From assembly GCA_016839515.1 (NCBI GenBank), contig JAEOUE010000267.1:1-17279 (forward strand): a stretch of DNA of 17,279 nucleotides. The letters run 5' to 3'. The notes under the pieces are model-generated. The model had not been told where the DNA came from. It worked only from the letters and a program-made list of their open reading frames with translations, and made no database searches. The stretch comes from Candidatus Hodarchaeum mangrovi. Its GTDB lineage: Archaea > Asgardarchaeota > Heimdallarchaeia > Hodarchaeales > Hodarchaeaceae. The translations under genes were made by a program, and so were the position numbers. Below are positions 1-8,199 of this stretch, piece after piece. How positions within the stretch are numbered: position 1 is the stretch's first letter; each line of letters starts with the position of its first letter.

Positions 1-2
1 AG

Positions 3-935
3 ATGTATCAGAGTGAGCAGGAAAGAGCCTCTGTCGTTGCTTTAAAAGATACTATAGCTTTTTCATCCTCAATGATTGGTGTGATTTTTCCGCCATTAAT
101 TGCAGCTAATTTAGGTTGGGAAATTATGGGCATAATTTTTGGTCTAATTACAGTAATAACAATGTATCTTTCACTTTTAGGGACGAAAGAGCGCCCTGAG
201 TATCAAATTGATGACCCACTTCCCATTATGACTGCAATTAAGTCCATTTTCAAGAATAAACCGTTTATCTGGATCTCTTTGACCTATGCAATGATAGATT
301 TTAGTTTTGGTTTAACCATGCTCGTTTTTCCACTTTATGCCCGATTTACTCTCCATTTAGAAGAAGAAATGATAAGCTTAGCCATGGTGGGGATTGTTAT
401 AGGAATCCTTGCAAGTATCCTCTTTTGGAAACGCATGTATTCCCAGAAAGGACCAAAAGAAGGGTTAATGCTCGCAATGGCTATTTATGCAGTTGGTATT
501 CTTCCCTTTTTCCTTGTACGTGATATTATTCAAATGATTGTTGTCTCTTTGATACCTGGATTCGGAGTTGGAGGAATGTTAATGACCGAACCTGCTATTT
601 CAGCAGCTATAGATTATGATGAAATTCAGACTGGTAAAAGACAGGAAGGAGCATATTCAGGTATCTTGACCTTCATTGCACGGTTGAGTATTGTGTTAAC
701 AGGAATTGTATTAGTAATTATTCAGCTCTTTACAGGATTTCAAACAGGAAGTGAAATTCAGCCTGAAACTGCACAGGTAGGACTGTCACTATTAGTCTCT
801 ATAATTCCCAGTGTAGGGATCTTTATTGGCCTGTTATTCATTAAACTATATCCTTTAGATTTCAGACGATTTAAAGAGCAACAAATAGAATTAAAGAAAC
901 TACATGAAAAAAGAATAGAATTCTTAGAGCTCTAA
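3..935 (+). CDS. MFS glycoside-pentoside-hexuronide (GPH/MelB-like) cation symporter, 5'-truncated by window edge
   Basis: Multiple TM helices; 'ERASVVALK', 'SIFKNKPF', and the GPH signature 'IDYDEIQTGKRQEGAYSG'; C-terminal 'YPL'. Only 310 aa are visible, so the gene starts upstream of the window. Confidence 0.9.
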   Translation: MYQSEQERASVVALKDTIAFSSSMIGVIFPPLIAANLGWEIMGIIFGLITVITMYLSLLGTKERPEYQIDDPLPIMTAIKSIFKNKPFIWISLTYAMIDFSFGLTMLVFPLYARFTLHLEEEMISLAMVGIVIGILASILFWKRMYSQKGPKEGLMLAMAIYAVGILPFFLVRDIIQMIVVSLIPGFGVGGMLMTEPAISAAIDYDEIQTGKRQEGAYSGILTFIARLSIVLTGIVLVIIQLFTGFQTGSEIQPETAQVGLSLLVSIIPSVGIFIGLLFIKLYPLDFRRFKEQQIELKKLHEKRIEFLEL

Positions 936-956
936 ATCTTATTTCTAAGATTAATA

Positions 957-963
957 GGGTGAT
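957..963 (+). promoter_or_regulatory. Archaeal-type Shine-Dalgarno GGGTGAT for the GH38 gene
   Basis: GGGTGAT ends 3 nt before ATG 967; the same core recurs before four other genes. Confidence 0.7.
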
Positions 964-966
964 TGT

Positions 967-3795
967 ATGAATCAGAAATCTGAATCCCAAGTCTATACTG
1001 AAAAGAAAGTGTTCATTATTCCGCATACTCATTGGGATCGTGAATGGTATCTATCTTTCCAACAATTTCGTCATAAATTAGTAAAATTAGTAGATAATTT
1101 ATTAAAAATCTTGGAAACTGAAGAATATTATTTTACCTTTGATGGTCAAACTATTATTATAGATGATTACTTGGAAATCCGTCCTGAGAATAAAATACAA
1201 CTAATGAACCATATCAGAAATAGTAAAATTTCTGTAGGACCGTGGTATGTCCTTCCTGATGTTTGGTTAGCGAATCAGGAAAGTTTAATCCGCAACTTGG
1301 AATATAGTCAACAGATAGCTGATAAATATCAAATAGAGCAAATGAAAATCGGATATTTACCAGATACTTTTGGATTCTCTAATGTAATCCCCCAATTAAT
1401 TGGAGATCTAACTGATTTCAAAGCTATAATTGTATGGCGAGGGGTTCCACCCGAAATAAAGACTGTTCCCTTTTTATGGCGAAGTAATCCATTATCTGAA
1501 AAACCAGTATTCACTAATTATCTACCATTTGGATATGGTAATGCTGCATTACTTCCAGAGAATGTAAAAGAATTAGAACTTGAACTAAAATCATTAGTAA
1601 CTCAATTAGAACCTTTCTCGCCATTACCAATCTATCTCTTACTTCATGGTACCGATAACAAATTTCCTTCACCCTTTTTATGTAATACTCTGCCAAACAT
1701 AAAAATACAAAATATGTCCTTTCAATTATCCCTTCTTGGTAATTATATTGATACTCTTCTAAATATGATTAAAAAATCAAATTTTACACCTCCCGAATAT
1801 ATTGGTGAATTAAGATCTGCAGCTCGTGCTCATATTTTAGCAGATACCTATTCAACCAGAATGTGGATTAAACAATGGAATCAAAGAATTGAGGACCTTC
1901 TTACTCATTATACTGAACCTTTAAGCTTCTATAATTGGTTTTACTTCAAGAAAGAGTATCCATATTCGTTTTTAGAAGAAGCGTGGAAATGGCATTTACA
2001 GAATCAAGCACATGACTCAATTTGTGGATGTTCTATCGATCAAACGCATGAAGAAATGAAATTTCGATATTCTTGGGCTCAAACCATTGCAGAAACCGTG
2101 ATAGAAGATAATCTAAATTTTTTGGAAGAACAGGCGATAATATCAGGGGAAGACTCCATTATTGTATACAATCCTACAAATTGTTCTGATCTTCCGCTTC
2201 TTGTTGAATTTGCTGCTTCTGGAAAAAAAAATTATCACAGTATTATATCTTCAAATGGAGAGAGGTATAATTTACAAACCTTTCAAGATTCTCGTGAAAA
2301 ACTTTGGGAAATGACTGTTGGATCTTTAAAATTACGCGCATTGATGAGATTGTTACCTGGAAGAAAAATAATGACCTTTTATATTAATGAGCTATCATTT
2401 CTTGATAGTTCCAATCCCAAGATTTGTGAAGCTCGTTTAATTGTTGGAGAGAAACCTCTTGGAGATTTTAACATTGATCAAATGAAAGATAGCATTCTTT
2501 CACGTATACAAAGTGGAAAATATAGTCATTTTCACGTTATCGTTACAAAAGAGACGAAGACGAATTATATTACTCTAATTCCGTTACAAGCTTGGAGTTT
2601 TTCACAGCTAAAACTTATTGCAGATGATAATAATCCTGATAATAAAACCTTGATACAAATTTCCAAGGATAAGGTCTTTCACCCCTCCTATGAAGTATCA
2701 TTTCAGAAGGATGGATCATTCAGTTTATTTGATAAAGAATTGAACCTTCAATTCAGAAAATTACATTTCTTTGAAGATTGGGGCGATCGAGGAGATGAAT
2801 ATACATTTGGAAGAATCGGCCCAGAATCTGTAAGAATTTCAGCAGTGAAAAGAGAAGTGATACTCAAAGGACCTATCGTTTATGAGATTCAACAATCTTT
2901 GACTCTAAACCTCTTTCAAGAGGTTGATTCTTCTCGTGAAAAAAGAATTGGATCAGTAAAAATTCCTGTGACCAGTAAATTTAAATTTTATAATGATATT
3001 AAACGAATAGATATACAAACAACATTGATAAATAATGCCAAAGATCATCGCCTTAGAATTTGTTTTGATTTACCTTTTAATACTCAACACACCCATACAT
3101 CTACTCACTTTGGAACTATTGAACGTTTTGCTAGCCCAACTGGAGATGAAAGTTATTTAGAAGCCCCATCTGGCATACAACCACAAAAACGATTTATTAG
3201 GATTAATGATCCTAATAGTGAAGCTGCTTTCACTTTAATGAATTGGGGCCTTCCAGAAGTAGAATTAGTTAATGAGTCTGTTTTAGCGATGACATTACTT
3301 CGCTCCATCGGTTGGCTGGCTCAATCAAACTTCCCTGAAAGACCTGAATTAGCTGGTCCAGCTATTCCCACCCCTAATGCCCAAGAATTACATAAAGAAT
3401 ATGTATTTTTATATAGTATTCTAAGTCATACAAATCAGGAACCAATTTCTAAGAGTGCAGACCATTCAGAAGCATTTTCATTATTATCTAAAGTCATATA
3501 TTTAGAAAAGAGATTAATACCTAAAAAACTTTTTCAACCTCTGCTTAAAATCTCTGATCCCAGAATAAGGATTTCTTCACTCCGTGTACGGAAGAGTAGT
3601 ATATTAGTAACTTTATATAATCTCTATGAAGAAGAAATTATAGTTACAATTGAATGTGAAAGTAAAATCACAAGTATAAGTCAAATCCTCATAAATGGTT
3701 CTCTAAAAGAAAACCCTCTTAATGTACACCGTATATTGAAATTAAAATTTCATCCTAATGAGATTAAACTGATTTCACTTGAATTTAAAGAATAA
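967..3795 (+). CDS. Glycoside hydrolase family 38 alpha-mannosidase (MngB/mannosylglycerate hydrolase-like), cytoplasmic
   Basis: Zn-binding 'HTHWDREWY', 'DGQ', 'VGPWYVLPD', nucleophile motif 'GYLPDTFG', 'QAHDSICGCS', 'DRGDEY', 'KDHRLR', 'TLLRSIGWL'; no signal peptide; 31 bp downstream of the transporter. Confidence 0.95.
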   Translation: MNQKSESQVYTEKKVFIIPHTHWDREWYLSFQQFRHKLVKLVDNLLKILETEEYYFTFDGQTIIIDDYLEIRPENKIQLMNHIRNSKISVGPWYVLPDVWLANQESLIRNLEYSQQIADKYQIEQMKIGYLPDTFGFSNVIPQLIGDLTDFKAIIVWRGVPPEIKTVPFLWRSNPLSEKPVFTNYLPFGYGNAALLPENVKELELELKSLVTQLEPFSPLPIYLLLHGTDNKFPSPFLCNTLPNIKIQNMSFQLSLLGNYIDTLLNMIKKSNFTPPEYIGELRSAARAHILADTYSTRMWIKQWNQRIEDLLTHYTEPLSFYNWFYFKKEYPYSFLEEAWKWHLQNQAHDSICGCSIDQTHEEMKFRYSWAQTIAETVIEDNLNFLEEQAIISGEDSIIVYNPTNCSDLPLLVEFAASGKKNYHSIISSNGERYNLQTFQDSREKLWEMTVGSLKLRALMRLLPGRKIMTFYINELSFLDSSNPKICEARLIVGEKPLGDFNIDQMKDSILSRIQSGKYSHFHVIVTKETKTNYITLIPLQAWSFSQLKLIADDNNPDNKTLIQISKDKVFHPSYEVSFQKDGSFSLFDKELNLQFRKLHFFEDWGDRGDEYTFGRIGPESVRISAVKREVILKGPIVYEIQQSLTLNLFQEVDSSREKRIGSVKIPVTSKFKFYNDIKRIDIQTTLINNAKDHRLRICFDLPFNTQHTHTSTHFGTIERFASPTGDESYLEAPSGIQPQKRFIRINDPNSEAAFTLMNWGLPEVELVNESVLAMTLLRSIGWLAQSNFPERPELAGPAIPTPNAQELHKEYVFLYSILSHTNQEPISKSADHSEAFSLLSKVIYLEKRLIPKKLFQPLLKISDPRIRISSLRVRKSSILVTLYNLYEEEIIVTIECESKITSISQILINGSLKENPLNVHRILKLKFHPNEIKLISLEFKE

Positions 3796-3999
3796 TTTAT
3801 TTAATCTTCTTTACAATCTTCAGATTGATTCCAAATAGGATAATATATTCTTCTAAGAGTTTTCTGAATGATGAGATGTAATGATAGGAAAATTCAGGGA
3901 TTTTTAAGGATAAAACAGAATGTTAATCTAAATTTAAGGCTTCTTAATAAATTTTTTAAAGATTAAATATTCTACTAAGCTCAGTTAAAATTACTCGAA

Positions 4000-6006
4000 G
4001 TGGAGAAACTGACAGGGAAAAAAGAATTCATAATGATTTTTCTCATAATCCTATTCTTAAATATTTGTCAGCTCTCTACGGACGATCCTTCTTTCTATAA
4101 AACTAATGAAAAATCTGATTCTTTTTCTACAAATTTAACTATTCTTTCATCTCCTAGGCTTACGGGTAATGTTATTGAAGTTCCTGAGGATATAGACTCA
4201 GATGGAGATTATGATTTTCTAATTCTATCAATTGAGGTTGAAATTAGTGGTAATATTTATCAAGAGGAGATAATTGGAATCTTTGCTCAAGTTTTTACAA
4301 CAGTAGTATATGAAAGCAGGTTTTGTTATGACCTTGGGATAGGAATGAGTTGGGTGGATGTAAAAATCCCTGCACAAATATTGCATGAACAAGGTATTAA
4401 TCAATCTTACTCTATTAGAGTCTCATTACGTGATGGTAACTATGATATTTGTGATGAATTTATCTATACTACAGAATTTTACTCGTGGGAGGAATGGGAT
4501 CCTTTTGATATCAAACTTACTGGGAGATATTTTCATGAATGCGAGGATCTAGATGCAAATGGAAAATTTGATTCTGTGTTGTTTAAATTTGAAGTCTGTG
4601 TTTATGAGGTTGAATTAATTGAGATCACAGTGAGTTTTAAGGCATTTCTTGGCACTGACACATATATTATTAAGACATGGGACTACTCTTATTCTGATTA
4701 TTTAGATTTAGGTTTTCAAAATATAACTTTTACATTGAAGAATACTTTTGTTTGGACTTTACCAGCTGAAGCAGGTGTTTTTATTGATAATATTCAGATT
4801 TATTCTAAAATAGATGATTATTATTTTGATCAAAACATTCCTAACATTCATTATAATCTTCCATTCGTGTATGAATATGATCCTCCTCAGGTTTGGGTTG
4901 TGAAAATTACTAATGATTTTGGAGTGGATCTTAATAATGACGGGTTTTTTGAGGTATGGAGAGTAAATTTCAAGGTTAATGTCACTAAAAACAGCTTCTC
5001 CTTTAATTTATATGCTCAACTCACAGAGAGAGACCCTTTTATTTATATTACAGCTAGCTCGGTTTCTAAATCAAACCTTTCAAGAGGTTATCATACTATT
5101 TCTCTTGAATTTGATGGAAGAGCTCTCTACAAATCCAAATTCATTCAGAGTTGTGCTATTAGGTACTATTCAATCCGAGAGTTAAGCACTGGAGAATTGA
5201 TTGAAGAAAGTAATCAAAGACTAAATCTCAAAAGTAGCTACTCATGGATTCGTTTTTCCGAAACGCCTTGTAGAATGAAGATCGATAAGATCTCAAAATG
5301 TAATGAATCCTATCTTGTGAATAATAAATTGGAATTAATTGTGGAACTTAAAAAACTCTATAGTCAGAATATTGAACGTGGGTATCTAGTTGCATGTATC
5401 AATAGTCCTATTAATAAGAATACTATATTCGTCAAATTCTTTGATTTGAATTGTTTTCATACAGGATCAGAATTTGAAAAATGGAAATCTTCCTTTTACC
5501 TTGATTATCTTGGTTATTGGAATATTACACTAAAAATGTTTGGATCTCACAATGCATTTGAAACTAAAGTTATTTCTTTCGATGTTGAAGGTTCTCTCAT
5601 AATCAATCACACGCTTTCCAACTTCTTAATAACGCTAGGAAACCCACTGACTGTTACAGCAGTTACAACCAGCTATCATACAGAATTAATTAATTTTCAG
5701 CTATATGATCAAACTGAAAATTATTTCTTTCCTTTTGAACTTTATGAAACTAATGATGAATTCTCAACTTGGAAATTAACATATTATCCATCTATTCCTG
5801 CAAATCATTCATACACACTGATAGGGGAAGATACGTTAGGACAGAAATTTTTTTTGACTGATAATTTCATGGTAGAAGAATCTAATACCTATTTTACTGT
5901 ACAATCTAAAGAATCACCCATAGAAGCTAATCTCTTCTCTCGAATAGCTCTTTTTAGCATTATACTTCTTCTTATCCTAGTATTGAAGCTCAAAGAAAAG
6001 AAATAG
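4000..6006 (+). CDS. Membrane-anchored cell-surface (glyco)protein with three DxDxDG-type beta-rich repeats
   Basis: N-terminal signal-like 'KKEFIMIFLIILFLNIC'; C-terminal TM plus basic tail 'IALFSIILLLILVLKLKEKK'; repeats DIDSDGDYD, DLDANGKFD, DLNNDGFFE; 9 N-x-S/T sequons. Start is GTG 4000 (alternative ATG 4033). Confidence 0.8.
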   Translation: MEKLTGKKEFIMIFLIILFLNICQLSTDDPSFYKTNEKSDSFSTNLTILSSPRLTGNVIEVPEDIDSDGDYDFLILSIEVEISGNIYQEEIIGIFAQVFTTVVYESRFCYDLGIGMSWVDVKIPAQILHEQGINQSYSIRVSLRDGNYDICDEFIYTTEFYSWEEWDPFDIKLTGRYFHECEDLDANGKFDSVLFKFEVCVYEVELIEITVSFKAFLGTDTYIIKTWDYSYSDYLDLGFQNITFTLKNTFVWTLPAEAGVFIDNIQIYSKIDDYYFDQNIPNIHYNLPFVYEYDPPQVWVVKITNDFGVDLNNDGFFEVWRVNFKVNVTKNSFSFNLYAQLTERDPFIYITASSVSKSNLSRGYHTISLEFDGRALYKSKFIQSCAIRYYSIRELSTGELIEESNQRLNLKSSYSWIRFSETPCRMKIDKISKCNESYLVNNKLELIVELKKLYSQNIERGYLVACINSPINKNTIFVKFFDLNCFHTGSEFEKWKSSFYLDYLGYWNITLKMFGSHNAFETKVISFDVEGSLIINHTLSNFLITLGNPLTVTAVTTSYHTELINFQLYDQTENYFFPFELYETNDEFSTWKLTYYPSIPANHSYTLIGEDTLGQKFFLTDNFMVEESNTYFTVQSKESPIEANLFSRIALFSIILLLILVLKLKEKK

Positions 6007-6105
6007 AAAAAATGTTAATTTGTGATTATAGATCAGATATTAAAATTAACTATTCATTCCTTCGAAATTAAAACGCAGGCTAATATAGGCAAAATATGCT
6101 ACATT

Positions 6106-6112
6106 AGGTGAT
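6106..6112 (+). promoter_or_regulatory. Shine-Dalgarno AGGTGAT for the corrinoid protein
   Basis: The ORF-track GTG at 6108 lies inside this motif; an in-frame TTG follows at 6117. Confidence 0.65.
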
Positions 6113-6116
6113 TAAA

Positions 6117-6773
6117 TTGGCAATCGAGCAGCTTTACAAAACATTAAAAAATTCAATAGAAGAATTTAAACCAGAAGAGGCCAAGCAGGTAACTAAAAAA
6201 CTTTTGGAAGCCCAAATTGACCCCCTAAAAGTGTTAGACGATGTTTTAAACCCAACAATGGAGGAAATAGGAGAAAAATTCGATAGGATGGATATCTTTC
6301 TACCTGAACTCATGGGTGCCGCAGAAGCAATGCGAGCTGCCACCTCTGTCTTAACGGAACATATAAAGAAGAGTACTATAACCCCCACTGAAGTGAAGGG
6401 GAAAGTTGTACTAGGAACAGTATCTGGAGATATACATGAAATCGGGAAAAATATAGTTAAGATTATGCTAGAAGTTTCAGGTTTCGAAGTCCTAGATTTA
6501 GGAAAAGATGTTCCTTCACTCAAATTTATTGAAAAAGCTGAAGAAGTAAATGCAGATGTAATAGCTCTATCAGCACTCATGACAACTACAATGCATTCTC
6601 AAAGAGAAGTGATTGAACTATTAGAAGCCTTAGGAAAACGAAATAAATATCTGGTTATAATTGGGGGGAATCCAACCACTGATAACTGGCGGAAAGAGAT
6701 AGGAGCTGATGGATGGGCTGAAACTGCAGTTGGAGCAGCAAAGCTTGTTGTAAAAATGATTCAGGAAAGGTGA
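6117..6773 (+). CDS. mtmC: Methyltransferase cognate corrinoid protein (MtmC/MttC/MtbC family)
   Basis: Cap motif 'MEEIGEKFDRMDIFLPELMGAAEAM', B12-binding DxHxxG 'GDIHEIGKNIV', 'DLGKDVP', 'SALMTTT', 'IIGG', 'IGADGWAE'; directly upstream of the MtmB homologue. Start moved to TTG 6117 on SD position (ORF track: 6108). Confidence 0.92.
   Translation: MAIEQLYKTLKNSIEEFKPEEAKQVTKKLLEAQIDPLKVLDDVLNPTMEEIGEKFDRMDIFLPELMGAAEAMRAATSVLTEHIKKSTITPTEVKGKVVLGTVSGDIHEIGKNIVKIMLEVSGFEVLDLGKDVPSLKFIEKAEEVNADVIALSALMTTTMHSQREVIELLEALGKRNKYLVIIGGNPTTDNWRKEIGADGWAETAVGAAKLVVKMIQER
6768..6773 (+). promoter_or_regulatory. Shine-Dalgarno AGGTGA overlapping the corrinoid-gene TGA stop (translational coupling)
   Basis: AGGTGA-gacaa-ATG(6779). 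Confidence 0.7.
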
Positions 6774-6778
6774 GACAA

Positions 6779-8164
6779 ATGGGAACCCCTCCTTGGCGAA
6801 TCAATGAAGTATTGGACAGAGCACAAAATGGACCTATCTGTTTAGAAAAGGATTTTGATTTTAAGTTTTTAGTCCCTGAACTCCAAAGAGTTATTAAAGA
6901 ATATGATATTTGTTTTGATCCGTTAACTCCTATCCCTTCTGATGATACACTTGCAGATAATCTTTGGAAAGCTGCTTTGGACTTTTATCTTACTGTAGGA
7001 ACTCTTTGTACTGATACTTATCGTAGAATTAAATTTACAGAGAATGAAATAAAAGAAGCATTAGGAAATTTCCCTGGAAAGTATATCTTGGGTTTTGGAC
7101 GCGACGCAAGGGAAATCACAAGTAGAAAAGTCGAAGATACACGAAGGCCTTTTTGCCTTTTTTCACCAGATATTACATGTGACGAAGATTTATTTATTCC
7201 CATGAGTATGGCATATTTACAGGAACCCTTAGCTGATGGGGTTTGTGCTCCAATTCTTGATGAGATTGAGGGTATGCCAATACGTTCTGGTTCACCAACC
7301 GAAGTTAAAGGATCTGTCGCCCATGCAATGATGTTTCGAGAAGCAGCAAGACGAGTTGGTCGTCCAGGGATTTTTCTTAAAAGTGTTGGAACTGCAGAAT
7401 CTGCTGCTGCTCAAATTGCGGCCAGTAATCCTGAATGGGGAGAAAGATTAACTGATGGACGATTTGTAGCTAGTATTTCAGAACTAAAGGTGAATAATTC
7501 TCTATTGAATAAAATGGTACATTTTCATACTTATGGTTGTTTTGTAGGAGCATTAATGGGTCCGATTCTAGGAGGATATTCTGGGGGACCTGAAGGAACG
7601 GCGATTGTGGGACTTGCTTATCATTTACAAGGATTACTCGTAAATCAGGCCCACTTTTTAAATTATTTTCCATTTCATTTGAAACATACATGTAATACCA
7701 TGAGAGAGCTTCTTTGGGTTATTTCTATGACTTATCAATCTTTAGCTCGGAATAGTAACCTAATTTCCCTTTCAAATGGATTTACTGCAGCAGGACCGTG
7801 TACCCCTATGGTATTAAGAGAGGCTGCAGCTCATGCACTTGTAAGTGTTGTCTCTGGTTCAAATCTTTGGGAAATAGCTGTAGCAAAGAACAGACATAAG
7901 AATTATGCCACACCCATGGAAGCTAGAATGGCCTGTGAAGTTGGTTGCGGTGCTGCTAAAGAAAGAATTACAAGAAACGATGCAAATGAAATAACTTTAA
8001 CACTTTTAAAATCTTATGAAAAAGATATAGAAACAGCTCCACTTGGAAAAAGTTTCCGTGAATGTTATGATATACGAAAGGTTAAACCTTCTCCAGATTA
8101 TACCGAGCTCTTCAATACAATTCGCAACGAACTTATAGATTTAGGTGTTCCATTCATATATTAA
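6779..8164 (+). CDS. mtmB: Monomethylamine:corrinoid methyltransferase (MtmB) family protein, pyrrolysine-free
   Basis: MtmB-like segments throughout: 'PIPSDDTLADNLWKA', 'CTDTYRRIKFTENEI', 'VGRPG', 'ELKV', 'PILGGYSGGPEGT', 'AGPCT', 'TPMEARM', 'APLGKSFRECYD...ELIDLGVPF'; 461 aa from ATG 6779; no in-frame TAG. The symbol denotes the family; the substrate is uncertain. Confidence 0.92.
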   Translation: MGTPPWRINEVLDRAQNGPICLEKDFDFKFLVPELQRVIKEYDICFDPLTPIPSDDTLADNLWKAALDFYLTVGTLCTDTYRRIKFTENEIKEALGNFPGKYILGFGRDAREITSRKVEDTRRPFCLFSPDITCDEDLFIPMSMAYLQEPLADGVCAPILDEIEGMPIRSGSPTEVKGSVAHAMMFREAARRVGRPGIFLKSVGTAESAAAQIAASNPEWGERLTDGRFVASISELKVNNSLLNKMVHFHTYGCFVGALMGPILGGYSGGPEGTAIVGLAYHLQGLLVNQAHFLNYFPFHLKHTCNTMRELLWVISMTYQSLARNSNLISLSNGFTAAGPCTPMVLREAAAHALVSVVSGSNLWEIAVAKNRHKNYATPMEARMACEVGCGAAKERITRNDANEITLTLLKSYEKDIETAPLGKSFRECYDIRKVKPSPDYTELFNTIRNELIDLGVPFIY

Positions 8165-8199
8165 TTTACCTCACTTCCCACATTTACTTGCTCTGGCCG

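Noticed and set aside
5905-6006. Archaeosortase-type (PGF/PEF) sorting signal on the surface protein
   Set aside because: TM helix and basic tail are present, but the preceding 'ESPIEANLF' does not match a motif I can name.
6007-6116. Cobalamin riboswitch upstream of the corrinoid operon; short imperfect repeat AGGCTAATAT/AGGCAAAATAT at 6077-6097
   Set aside because: The region is only about 110 nt and AT-rich, with no B12-box or GC-rich stems. The repeat is too short and imperfect to call.
6134-6580. 148-aa antisense ORF, plus the other short overlapping ORFs (1329-1514, 1514-1696, 4979-5185, 7018-7203, 7470-7691, 8760-8948, 9216-9410, 9774-9959, 9864-10160, 10843-11067, 11667-11849, 12527-12790, 14275-14598, 16340-16552)
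   Set aside because: They lie within or opposite well-supported genes, show no recognisable motifs, and many have the Ser/Ile/Phe-rich composition typical of shadow ORFs.
7379-7480. Amber codon or PYLIS-like element in the mtmB homologue
   Set aside because: The codon at the Pyl position is AAA and there is no in-frame TAG, so no recoding is needed.
6117-8164. Apparently higher GC in the mtmC/mtmB-like genes as a sign of horizontal transfer
   Set aside because: Judged only by eye and explainable by Ala/Gly-rich protein composition; no integrase, tRNA or flanking repeats are present.
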